From assembly GCA_937936035.1 (NCBI GenBank), contig CALGXJ010000085.1, forward strand, positions 1 to 40,867: 40,867 nucleotides of DNA. Reading direction: 5' to 3'. This stretch comes from Candidatus Kapaibacterium sp. (GTDB lineage Bacteria > Bacteroidota > Ignavibacteria > Kapaibacteriales > UBA2268). The notes below the pieces were generated by a model, which was not told the origin of the DNA, searched no databases, and saw only the letters and a program-made list of their open reading frames with translations. The number at the start of each line of letters is the position of its first letter. Positions within the stretch are counted from its first letter, which is position 1. Made by a program: the position numbers and the translations under genes. Positions 8,904 through 18,299 of the stretch are shown one piece after another.

Positions 8904-9024
8904 TTTATCAAATATCTTGCCAAAAAATTCGATTAAACAAATCGTTATTTATCAACAACTTACAAGACGATATTTTTTTGTGTTGTTTAGAAACAATTAA
9001 ATGTAATTTATAATGATTTATTTA

Positions 9025-9032
9025 TAATTTTG
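9025..9032 (+). promoter_or_regulatory. Putative -7 promoter element TAATTTTG
   Basis: Matches TAnnTTTG upstream of the activase gene. No clear -33 element. Confidence 0.4.
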
Positions 9033-9060
9033 TAAAAGAGGAATATCAAAATGGTGTTCG

Positions 9061-12000
9061 ATGCAATTAGCAGCAGGAATTTGCATAGGTGCTTCAAGCG
9101 TTAAATTAGCAATTATCAGCCGAACAAGTTCGGATGGTTTTGCTCTTCAAAGTTGGGAAGTACAACCGCACAATGGAACTCCACAGGAAATAATCAAAGA
9201 CTTTTACCAAAAGTATAATCTAAACAAAATTCCGGCTGCCTTCACTGGCAGAAAGTTCAGGTCAATTATCAAAGCAAAAAATATTTCAGAACCCGAAGCA
9301 ACAGAATTAGCTTATAGCAAAGTATATGGTGCAGGCAGATTCGATGCAATTGCGTCGCTTGGCAGCGAAACTTTCCTTGTTTACACTCTCGACCGTTACG
9401 GTAAAATATCGGGTGTCATTACAAAAAACCAGTGTGCTTCCGGTACTGGTGAATTTTTCCTGCAACAAATAAAGCGAATGAACCTTTCGCTCGACGAGAT
9501 TAATGAAATTACTGAAGAGGCCAAACCTTTCAGAGTATCTGGACGTTGTTCGGTCTTCTGCAAGTCTGATTGCACTCACGCACTAAACAAAGGTGTGCCA
9601 AAGGCGGAGGTTGCCGCAGGCCTTTCGCAAATGATAGCAGAAAAAGCTCAGGAATTGTTCGAAAAGCAAAAAATAGAACGAGTGTTGCTGCTGGGTGGAG
9701 TTACACGCAATAGTGCTGTAATGAAATTTTTGCAGGCTAAATATCCAAACGCAGAAGTATCAGAGTATTCAGATGTTTTCGAAGCTTTGGGTGCTGCCCT
9801 ATATGCTTCCGAAAACGAACTCGAACCAATTGCTGATTGCGAGCAAATTTTCAAGCACAAAGAAAGCTCGTTTGCGTTTCTGGCACCACTCCAAAAGTAT
9901 GCAGATAAAGTTCTATTCGAGCAAATTGCTGTTCGCAAAGCAATGGATGGAGAGCGTTGTATCATAGGGCTGGATGTAGGTTCTACCACCACAAAAGCTG
10001 TTGCAATAAGTGCCGAAAATAAGCAAGTTCTTGCAAAATCTTATCTTTATACATACGGCAATCCAATTGAAGCTGCCAAAAATTGCTACCGCGAGCTTCG
10101 GCAACAGCTGCCTGATAAAATTGAAATTATCGGAATTGGGACAACCGGCTCTGGACGTCATATTGCCGCTTTGCACGCAGAAACCGAATCTGTAATTAAC
10201 GAGATAACTGCACACTCCACAGCTGCCGTTCATTTCGACAAAGATGTGGACACAATTTTCGAAATTGGCGGTCAAGATGCAAAATACACCTACATTGTAA
10301 ATCGTGTTCCTGCAGACTATGCTATGAACGAAGCATGTTCGGCAGGCACCGGGTCGTTTCTGGAAGAAGCTGCAAACGAGAGTTTAAAAGTAGCTCTGCA
10401 CGAGATAGAGCAGCTTGCAATGAAAGCAGACAACCCACCAAATTTTAGCGACCAATGCGCCGCTTTCATCGGTTCAGACATCAAAACTGCTCAGCAAGAG
10501 GGAATTTCACGCGAAAATATTGTAGCAGGGCTTGTTTATTCCGTTTGTATGAATTACGCAAATCGTGTGAAAGGAAATCGTCCAGTTGGAAACAAGATTT
10601 TTATGCAAGGTGGTGTTTGCTATAATCGCGCCGTGCCAATTGCTATGGCAGCTATCACAGGCAAAGAAATTATTGTACCACCAGAACCAGGTCTGATGGG
10701 AGCTTACGGAGTTGCTCTCGACGTCCTGAATAAAATAAATCTTGGCATCTGCACAGAAAAAAAATTCGACCTCGACGTTCTAATCAATCGTGAAGTAATA
10801 TACAAAAAGCCATTCATTTGCCGCGGCGGAAAAGAAAAATGCGATCTTAAATGCTCAATAAACATGATACAAATCGAGGATCGCACCTATCCATTTGGCG
10901 GTGCTTGCGATAAATATTACTCAATCAACCTTAAACGCGATACAAACATTAGCAGATACGATTATGTTTCTTTGCGAAATCATTTGTTTTTCGAAAAGTA
11001 TGCGCCAGCGAGCGATTTGCCATCGGATGCAAAAACAATTGGAATTAACAATTCGTTTTTGACGCATTCGCTTTATCCTCTGTTTTACAACTTTTTCACT
11101 CAGTTAGGCTTTCGGGTTGTAATTCCTGAAAATCCCGATAAAAAAGGGTTCGAGCGGGAAATTTCATCCTTCTGCTTTCCTGCACAGCTTTCGCTTGGTT
11201 TGATGGAAGAACTGTTAAATCTCAAGCCCGACTATGTTTTCCTTCCAGCTGTTTTCGAAATAAATGCAGGAGACCGAAAGCCGCAGAGACTTGATTTCAA
11301 CTGTACCTGCGTATTTGTAAGTGGCGAGGCGTTTTATTTGCGGCAGGCTTTCAAAGATAGATTGCAAAATATTCCACTTCTGACTGAAAACTTCAATTTT
11401 GCTAACGGATTTGAAAGAGAATTCGATAAATTTTTCAATATTGCTGTAAAAATTGGGATTCCGGGCAAGGAAAAAGTTCGTTCAGCTCTCGAATACGCAA
11501 TAGAAATGCAGCAGCGATGTCAGCAGGAAGCGTTTGAATTCGGGCGCAAAGCTCTAAAAGAAATAGATCAATCACCTGACAAATTCGGAGTTGTGCTTGT
11601 TGGCCGCCATTACAATGCATTGCCGGATTTTGCAAATAAAGGAATACCGCAGAAATATGCATCACGCGGGATTTACGTACTGCCGTTCGATTTGTTTGAC
11701 TGCTCCGAAGAAACAATCGACGACAATATGTTCTGGGAAGCAGGCAAAAGAATCTTGCGAGTTGGCAAATTCATCAAAAAACATAAACAACTATTTGCAA
11801 CTTATATCACTAATTTTTCTTGTGGTCCCGATTCGATGATTATAAGTTCGTTTCGGAACATAATGAAGGACAAGCCATCGCTAACACTCGAATTAGACAG
11901 CCATTCAGCCGACGCCGGTATCAACACGCGTATAGATGCTTCCATTGATATTATCAACAACTATTTGAGAATAAATAAAAGTTTACAGCCCAGGCAAGTC

Positions 12001-13407
12001 AATTTAGCACGAATTGAATTTGCCGAACCAGTGGCACGTTTTGTCAGGTCTTCGGGTGAAATTGTGCCGCTGAACGATCCAAGCGTGGAAATACTCATAC
12101 CGTCGATGGGCGAGCTTTCGGCAAAATTCTTTGCTGCTGCTCTGCGATCGTTAGGTTTCCGTGCAAAAGCATTGGAAGTGCCAACACCTGAAGTATTGAA
12201 ACTTGGCAGGGCAAATTGCACAGGCAAAGAGTGTTTGCCGCTAATCATAATGGTTGGTTTGCTAATAGACTATATCGAAAACCACTGGGACCATCGCACA
12301 AATCTTGCCTATTTCACTGTGCAAGGAGCAGGCAACTGCCGGCTTGGGCAATATCCGGTGTTCATACGTCAGTTGCTTGAACGGCGCGGCATCGAGAATG
12401 TAGCTCAGATGGTGTTGATGAACGAAGATGGTTTTGCCGGACTTGGCGAAAATTTTGCACTACGGGGAATTCAGGCAATTTTGGCGGCTGATGTTATCGA
12501 GGACATTAGAAATGCAATTCTGGCTAATGCAGAAAACCCCGACAGAGGAATTGAAATTTTTGAGAACGAGTTCGATAATCTAATTCATCATTTTGAACAG
12601 AACCCAGAGCAGATTTACAGTCATCTGGAAAATTTCGCTTATGCCTTGAAGAGCAAAATTCCAGCAAGAATACCTATTGAAAAATCCAGTTATATTGCGT
12701 TTGTCGGGGAAATATACGTCAGACGCGACCATTTTGCTCACAAGTGGTTGAACGAGTATTTCGCGAAACGTGGATTTGTTTTGCTTCCTGCCCATATTTC
12801 CGAATGGATATTTTACGTTGATTATCTGCTGCAAATAGATTTGCTCGAAAGCGAGAAATCGCTCCGCAAGAAGTTTGAGCGTCAAATACGTAATTTCTTT
12901 ATGCGCGACGCGGAAAGAAAAATCAAGAAAGCCCTCGAAAAAAGCGGCTACTATAAGTTTCATCGCACCGAAATCGAACCGATTTTGAAGCACAGCCGGC
13001 ATCTGCTGCCATACGAATTCAAAGGTGAACCCGGTTTAACTCTCGGCATTGCTCTCAAAGACGGACTGGGGAAATACTGTGGTATCATTAATTTCGGACC
13101 ATTCACCTGTATGCCCACCCGGTTTACTGAAGCAGTAGGATTACCTGAAATGAACATCAAAGGAAAATTGCGGGCAAAAACAGAATGCAATCAGGATGTT
13201 TCATTTACAGATACCTTTGATGGAATTGAGAATATACCATTTTTGACAATAGAAACAGACGGAAATGTGTATTCGCAAATAATCGAGGCACGGCTCGAAA
13301 CATTTGCACTTGCCGCAGAGAGAGTTGCCCAGGCACGCGAGCGTCGCACAAACGGAGTCCAGAATTTAAGTTTCCGGCAACGAGTTAGCAAATTTTTCGG
13401 TGATTAG
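9061..13407 (+). CDS. 2-hydroxyacyl-CoA dehydratase activase fusion (two BadF/BadG/BcrA/BcrD ATPase domains plus DUF2229-type region)
   Basis: CASGTGEF/CSVFCKSD and GLDVGSTTTK/EIGGQDAK/MNEACSAGTGSF/CAAFIGSD Fe-S ATPase motifs, followed by NFSCGPD, GKECLP, CRLGQY, GEIYVR and GPFTCMP. Confidence 0.9.
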   Translation: MQLAAGICIGASSVKLAIISRTSSDGFALQSWEVQPHNGTPQEIIKDFYQKYNLNKIPAAFTGRKFRSIIKAKNISEPEATELAYSKVYGAGRFDAIASLGSETFLVYTLDRYGKISGVITKNQCASGTGEFFLQQIKRMNLSLDEINEITEEAKPFRVSGRCSVFCKSDCTHALNKGVPKAEVAAGLSQMIAEKAQELFEKQKIERVLLLGGVTRNSAVMKFLQAKYPNAEVSEYSDVFEALGAALYASENELEPIADCEQIFKHKESSFAFLAPLQKYADKVLFEQIAVRKAMDGERCIIGLDVGSTTTKAVAISAENKQVLAKSYLYTYGNPIEAAKNCYRELRQQLPDKIEIIGIGTTGSGRHIAALHAETESVINEITAHSTAAVHFDKDVDTIFEIGGQDAKYTYIVNRVPADYAMNEACSAGTGSFLEEAANESLKVALHEIEQLAMKADNPPNFSDQCAAFIGSDIKTAQQEGISRENIVAGLVYSVCMNYANRVKGNRPVGNKIFMQGGVCYNRAVPIAMAAITGKEIIVPPEPGLMGAYGVALDVLNKINLGICTEKKFDLDVLINREVIYKKPFICRGGKEKCDLKCSINMIQIEDRTYPFGGACDKYYSINLKRDTNISRYDYVSLRNHLFFEKYAPASDLPSDAKTIGINNSFLTHSLYPLFYNFFTQLGFRVVIPENPDKKGFEREISSFCFPAQLSLGLMEELLNLKPDYVFLPAVFEINAGDRKPQRLDFNCTCVFVSGEAFYLRQAFKDRLQNIPLLTENFNFANGFEREFDKFFNIAVKIGIPGKEKVRSALEYAIEMQQRCQQEAFEFGRKALKEIDQSPDKFGVVLVGRHYNALPDFANKGIPQKYASRGIYVLPFDLFDCSEETIDDNMFWEAGKRILRVGKFIKKHKQLFATYITNFSCGPDSMIISSFRNIMKDKPSLTLELDSHSADAGINTRIDASIDIINNYLRINKSLQPRQVNLARIEFAEPVARFVRSSGEIVPLNDPSVEILIPSMGELSAKFFAAALRSLGFRAKALEVPTPEVLKLGRANCTGKECLPLIIMVGLLIDYIENHWDHRTNLAYFTVQGAGNCRLGQYPVFIRQLLERRGIENVAQMVLMNEDGFAGLGENFALRGIQAILAADVIEDIRNAILANAENPDRGIEIFENEFDNLIHHFEQNPEQIYSHLENFAYALKSKIPARIPIEKSSYIAFVGEIYVRRDHFAHKWLNEYFAKRGFVLLPAHISEWIFYVDYLLQIDLLESEKSLRKKFERQIRNFFMRDAERKIKKALEKSGYYKFHRTEIEPILKHSRHLLPYEFKGEPGLTLGIALKDGLGKYCGIINFGPFTCMPTRFTEAVGLPEMNIKGKLRAKTECNQDVSFTDTFDGIENIPFLTIETDGNVYSQIIEARLETFALAAERVAQARERRTNGVQNLSFRQRVSKFFGD

Positions 13408-14400
13408 TTGATGCACATATTCCGGCTTAATTAATTTCATACAGTTGTGATGCCCAAGCGGACAGCGTCGGCTGCCGTGCTTGCTGCAAGGGCGACATTC
13501 AAGATGTACTTCGAGAATTTTGTCGTTCTGACGATAAGGAAAGCAACCAAACTGCCGTACAGTTGGACCAAAGAAGGCGAAAACGTCTGTTCCAACAGCA
13601 TTAGCAATATGAAGCGGGCTACTATCGTTGCAAATAAGCAAATCCATTTCGGCAACCAGTGCCGCTGATTCAAGTAAATTTAACTTGCCTGCAAAATTAT
13701 AAGCGTTTTGATTTTGTGATTGTAAAATAATTTTTTCGCATAGCTCGGTTTCTTGCTTGCTCCCTATGAAAAAAACATCAAAATTATCGGGAAAAAGCAA
13801 TTTTGTTAGCTCCGCATAATATCCTGATGGCCATTTTTTAGTTTCCCACACAGAGCCTGGTGCAATTGCGATTTTTCTATTGTTATTATTACTATACTTT
13901 TGAATAATTTCTCTTGCTTTTAATACTTCCGATTCGGAAAGGAAAATTTCTGTACTATCAGAAAAGTTATTTTTGCTAAGCGGACCGAGCAGTTTTAATA
14001 CACGCAAACGGTTGTGCAATCCTTTTGGTAGTAACATTTTATCTGTTGCAAATGGCAGGCGTCTGTAACCAATGCGGCGAGCAATACCGGAAAGCAGAAG
14101 AATAAAGGCACTTGTATATGAACTCTGCACAGAAATTCCGATGTCATATTTTTCTTTGCGTAATTGATGAATGATACGAAAGAAGGAATAAATTTTTCTG
14201 GTTAATCCGTTTTTTTTGTCGAAAGTGCGGATATTATCTATATAAGGATTGTATTTAAGAATTATCGAGGATTGAGGAATTACAAGCGTATCGATTTGAG
14301 CTTTTGGGAATATTTCACGCAAAGCGCGAAAAATCGGTGTCGTCATTATTAGATCGCCGATGAAAGCTGTTTGAATAACCAGAATTTTCATATTACTCAT
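13366..14400 (-). CDS. waaF: Glycosyltransferase family 9 (LPS heptosyltransferase II-like)
   Basis: KILVIQTAFIGDL, APGSVWETKKWP, NDSSPLHIA, FFGPT and CRPCSKHG..CP..H..CM. Confidence 0.85.
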   Translation of the reverse strand: MSNMKILVIQTAFIGDLIMTTPIFRALREIFPKAQIDTLVIPQSSIILKYNPYIDNIRTFDKKNGLTRKIYSFFRIIHQLRKEKYDIGISVQSSYTSAFILLLSGIARRIGYRRLPFATDKMLLPKGLHNRLRVLKLLGPLSKNNFSDSTEIFLSESEVLKAREIIQKYSNNNNRKIAIAPGSVWETKKWPSGYYAELTKLLFPDNFDVFFIGSKQETELCEKIILQSQNQNAYNFAGKLNLLESAALVAEMDLLICNDSSPLHIANAVGTDVFAFFGPTVRQFGCFPYRQNDKILEVHLECRPCSKHGSRRCPLGHHNCMKLIKPEYVHQLITEKFANSLPET

Positions 14401-15469
14401 TTAAAATTTCGTAATAAAGATTAATATTCGCTTCGACAGTCTTATTAATGTCGAAATCTTTTACAAGATCAAGCGAATAAGCACCAAATTGGTAACGTAG
14501 GTCGGCACTTTCTGCGAGCAAGCGGAAACGCTCGGCAAGTTCATTAGGATTGTTGGGGTGCACAAGAAAGCCATTTTTACCATCACGCACAGCTTCTGGA
14601 ATACCACCAACAGCAGTTGCAACAACCGGCAAACCCACAGACATTGCATCGAGCAGAGAAGTGCCGAGACCTTCTTTTTTCGAAACGAGAGTAAAAATAT
14701 CGAAAGCTTTTAGATAATCGCCAATGTTTGTTTGATACCCTTCGAAATGAAAATTATTCAGGGAACGTTTTGCTGCAAGATTTTTCGTTTGTTCAAAAAG
14801 TTCGCCATTGCCAACGGCAACAAATGCAACAGGTTCATTTTTAAGCAAAGTAGCTGCTTCGAGCAAAAGTGGATAATTTTTGTGTCGGGCAAAAGCAGCA
14901 ACAGTGCCAATTATTATTTTGTCCGGAAACTTTTTGCGAATAGCCGAACCGTCTGAATTAGAAAATTTACTTAAATTAATACCGCTTCGGATAGTAACAA
15001 GGCGATTTTCCGGGAAGCCGCAACCAAGAAGGACATTGCGAATAGCATCGGAAATACATATTATTTTAGCAACCCGCTTATTGAGATATTTCCAGCGGTT
15101 GAAAACAGTTTGTTTCACGGGAAAATCCACACGACGAGAAGCGACAATTTTCACATCTGAATTGAAAAAAGTTGAAAGAACAGCGATGCTCAGACTATGC
15201 GAGCAGTGGCAGTGCAGAATATTGTAATCATTCTCCTTTGCAATTCGAGCTATTTTACGAGCTGAAAATGCATCAAATTCGCTACGCAGTGGAAGTTCGT
15301 AGAGCGGATATCCTAAATTATTCAATTTTTCTGAAAAAGCAGAAGCAGACGCAACGCATATATTCGTTGAAAAGCCTTTTTTTAGCATTGCTTCGTAGAG
15401 GTAAAGGGCTTGCTGCTGACCGCCGCGCCAGGTGCGTCCGGTGTCGATATGTAGCACTTGAGGTGTCAT
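14393..15469 (-). CDS. Glycosyltransferase family 4
   Basis: WRGGQQQ, SRRVDF and EGLGTSLLDAMSVGLPVVATAVGGIPE. Confidence 0.9.
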   Translation of the reverse strand: MTPQVLHIDTGRTWRGGQQQALYLYEAMLKKGFSTNICVASASAFSEKLNNLGYPLYELPLRSEFDAFSARKIARIAKENDYNILHCHCSHSLSIAVLSTFFNSDVKIVASRRVDFPVKQTVFNRWKYLNKRVAKIICISDAIRNVLLGCGFPENRLVTIRSGINLSKFSNSDGSAIRKKFPDKIIIGTVAAFARHKNYPLLLEAATLLKNEPVAFVAVGNGELFEQTKNLAAKRSLNNFHFEGYQTNIGDYLKAFDIFTLVSKKEGLGTSLLDAMSVGLPVVATAVGGIPEAVRDGKNGFLVHPNNPNELAERFRLLAESADLRYQFGAYSLDLVKDFDINKTVEANINLYYEILNE

Positions 15470-16206
15470 TTGCTTTGCTTTTCGATAATTTTTAAATATT
15501 TGAGAGCGACTCCGAAAGCAGAGATAAAGGAAAGAACAAGCCCCTTGTATCCATCCAAAAATCCCCTGTCGAGAAAATACATTTTACAGAATTTAGCAAA
15601 AAAGCTCAGGAATGGCTTGCAAATACTGTATTTTTTCGCTATGCTTTGGTTTGCGGCAATATCAGTGTAGAAATCTATTTTTTGCAAATGAGATTTTATC
15701 GTGGGATAAGTGTAATGATAGATTGGTTCGTAGATTGTTCCGATTGGACAATTTCCGACAACGCTTTCGTGAAGTGGCTTATCGTTGAAATTAGCTTGTT
15801 TGCGATTGAATAGACGCTTTGGAAAGTCGCGCTGCCAACCGCAATGTTTTATCATTTTGCCCAAGTAGAAAGAATTACGCTTAATTCGGTAGAGAAAGAA
15901 CTCCGGATTTTCCAAAATTTGCTGAATACGATATCGTAGTTCGTCTGATACAACTTCATCTGCATCAATTGAAAGAATCCAGTCGTTTGTGGCAAGCTCT
16001 GCAGCTCGGCGTTTGGCAAGTCCGAAACCTTCCCATCTGTCAAGACGGAAAACTTTTGCACCGAGAGATTGAGAAATTTCGCAGGTGCGGTCGGTCGAGC
16101 CAGTATCGAGCAGAATTATTTCATCGGCGAATTTGAGTGAACTCATACATCGAGAAATATTATTCTCTTCGTTCTTTGCAATTATAACAGCAGAAAGATT
16201 AAGCAT
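15466..16206 (-). CDS. Glycosyltransferase family 2 (WaaE/KdtX-like)
   Basis: LSAVIIAKNEE, DTGSTD, WILSIDADE, LHE and GFLDGYKG. Confidence 0.9.
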   Translation of the reverse strand: MLNLSAVIIAKNEENNISRCMSSLKFADEIILLDTGSTDRTCEISQSLGAKVFRLDRWEGFGLAKRRAAELATNDWILSIDADEVVSDELRYRIQQILENPEFFLYRIKRNSFYLGKMIKHCGWQRDFPKRLFNRKQANFNDKPLHESVVGNCPIGTIYEPIYHYTYPTIKSHLQKIDFYTDIAANQSIAKKYSICKPFLSFFAKFCKMYFLDRGFLDGYKGLVLSFISAFGVALKYLKIIEKQSK

Positions 16207-16211
16207 AGTTC

Positions 16212-17375
16212 TTAGATCAAACTAATCTTATTTTTATTTGCATCTGCTTTTTGCTGAACAATTTCGTAGTGCAAGTCTGCTATTTTGCGAGCAAGACTCC
16301 CCCAAGATGCAATAGATTTATACGCTTGAATATTTTTACGATATTTTTCGAGCAAGTTTTGTTGGAACGCAGCTTTGATAGCCTCGGCTAAAAGCAAAGC
16401 ATCAGGTTTTGCAACGAGATAGCCTGTATCGTTCGGTTCTATTGCTTCGCGTAAGCTACCGACATTTGTTGCGATAACAGGTAAATCAAAATGGTAAGCA
16501 ATAGAAACAATTCCACTTTGTGTAGCTGAGCGATAAGGTAGCACGCACACATCAGCTGCCGAGAAACAAAGCGGGACTTCACTATCAGAAATGTAGCGAA
16601 CGTGTTTTGTGATACGATTTTCCACTCCGTGCAGCTTTATGAGCCGTTCGTATTTATCGAAGTTGCCATAGGGTTCCCCAGCTATGAGCAGATGGTAATC
16701 TTCGGGCAAATACTTCAACGCTTCGATAAGTATATCGAGCCCTTTGTAGTCGCGAATAAAACCGAAAAATAGCAAAATCTTTTTGTCGAAAGGCAGAAAG
16801 AGCTTGTCCTGTGCAATTTTCTGAGGGACTATTTCCCCGAAGTGGTGGTAAAGGGGGTGAATGTGTTCGATATATTTTGCGTCGGGCTTGAATTCTAAAA
16901 GGTCGTTTTTTACAGTATCGCTCATTACAACGAAAGCATCGTTGTATTTAAGGAAATATTTTGTCAATTTTATATCACCGGGACGTTTTTCGTGTGGCTT
17001 GACATTGTCGAGAATAGAAATTTTTGTTATTTTTTCAGGCAAATACTTGCACACAGTGCCAAGAGAAGGTGCAAAAAATGGCATCCAATATTTAGTTAGC
17101 AACAAATCAGGTTCGTAGCGTCGTATTTTCTGAGCCGAGCGCAAATAGCTCATTGGATTTATTGTGTCAAGTATACGTTCCGCTATAAGTCTATCGACTT
17201 TATCAGTAGGCAAAACAAATTGAGTTTCACCCGGGAATAAAACTGATGGATACTGCCGTGAAAAAGTATAAGCTTTGACTTCTGCAAATTTTTCAAATGC
17301 TCTGAAAAGTGCAGCATTGAACTGGGCAATACCACCACGAAAAGGATAAAATGTCGAAAGATATGCTATTTTCAT
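16212..17375 (-). CDS. Glycosyltransferase family 4
   Basis: PFRGGIAQF, FFGFIRDYKG and LPYRSATQSG...PVIATNVGSL. Confidence 0.9.
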   Translation of the reverse strand: MKIAYLSTFYPFRGGIAQFNAALFRAFEKFAEVKAYTFSRQYPSVLFPGETQFVLPTDKVDRLIAERILDTINPMSYLRSAQKIRRYEPDLLLTKYWMPFFAPSLGTVCKYLPEKITKISILDNVKPHEKRPGDIKLTKYFLKYNDAFVVMSDTVKNDLLEFKPDAKYIEHIHPLYHHFGEIVPQKIAQDKLFLPFDKKILLFFGFIRDYKGLDILIEALKYLPEDYHLLIAGEPYGNFDKYERLIKLHGVENRITKHVRYISDSEVPLCFSAADVCVLPYRSATQSGIVSIAYHFDLPVIATNVGSLREAIEPNDTGYLVAKPDALLLAEAIKAAFQQNLLEKYRKNIQAYKSIASWGSLARKIADLHYEIVQQKADANKNKISLI

Positions 17376-17456
17376 ATAAAAGCAATTAATTATTATAAAT
17401 TTCGTTTTTCGATATTTAAATTTAACTAATTTATTAAAAATATCCGATTAAAAATA

Positions 17457-18266
17457 ATGGCAGACGAAATTATCACACAAGCTGAGCGAAGCGGTCTTGG
17501 GAAGGCTGATTTTTACTATTGGCGGTATCAATATGAATTAGGCAGGGATATTATTGTGCCATTTTTTCAAAACAACATCTGCGAAATAAAGGATAAGAAA
17601 ATTGCCGAGATTGGCTCTGCCGAGGGAGGTGTGCTTCATTCATTTGTCCGGGCAGGCGCCTGCTATGGTTTGGGCACTGATATTGCTAAAAATAGATTGG
17701 AAAGCGGAAGAAAAGTATCTGCGGCAACGCAATTAAATGTAGAATTCACCTCTCATAATATTCTTACCGATGAAATTCCTCAGAAGTGGCAAAACTACTT
17801 CGATATAGTTATATTAAGGGATGTTATTGAACATTTGCCCGAACCGGATCTCGCGATTCTTAAAATACGGGAACTACTGAGTGATGAAGGATTTCTCTAC
17901 GTTACATTTCCGCCCTACCGTTCGCCTTATGGTGGACACCAACATACGCTTGCCGGCAATTTCCTTACGAAATTGCCGTATATTCATTTATTCCCGGACT
18001 TTATTTTCCGAAAAATGATAAGTTCCGGAAGGCAAATCGACCAGGAGGAAACGTTAAGATTACGCAAAATCAGGCTTTCCTCTAAAAAATTCAAAGAATG
18101 CGTTTATTCTGCTGGCTACAAAATAGCTAAGGAAGACTATTTTTTGTTGCGTCCAGTATTCAAAAAGAAGTTCGGATTGCCGACCTTGAAAATCGGACCA
18201 ATTGGTAAGATACCGTTTTTGGGTGATTTTCTGTCGCTTGAATGTATGTATGTTTTGAAGAAATAG
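17457..18266 (+). CDS. Class I SAM-dependent methyltransferase
   Basis: EIGSAEGG motif I, FDIVILRDVIEHL and FPPYRSPYGGH. Divergent from the glycosyltransferase cluster. Confidence 0.85.
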   Translation: MADEIITQAERSGLGKADFYYWRYQYELGRDIIVPFFQNNICEIKDKKIAEIGSAEGGVLHSFVRAGACYGLGTDIAKNRLESGRKVSAATQLNVEFTSHNILTDEIPQKWQNYFDIVILRDVIEHLPEPDLAILKIRELLSDEGFLYVTFPPYRSPYGGHQHTLAGNFLTKLPYIHLFPDFIFRKMISSGRQIDQEETLRLRKIRLSSKKFKECVYSAGYKIAKEDYFLLRPVFKKKFGLPTLKIGPIGKIPFLGDFLSLECMYVLKK

Positions 18267-18299
18267 ATTTGGTATAAATTTTGTCATAATTATCGATAA

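Noticed and set aside
9051-9104. Out-of-frame 17-aa ORF from ATG 9051 with GAGG upstream, overlapping the activase start
   Set aside because: There is no evidence of function. It may be chance or a one-base error that would add three residues to the activase.
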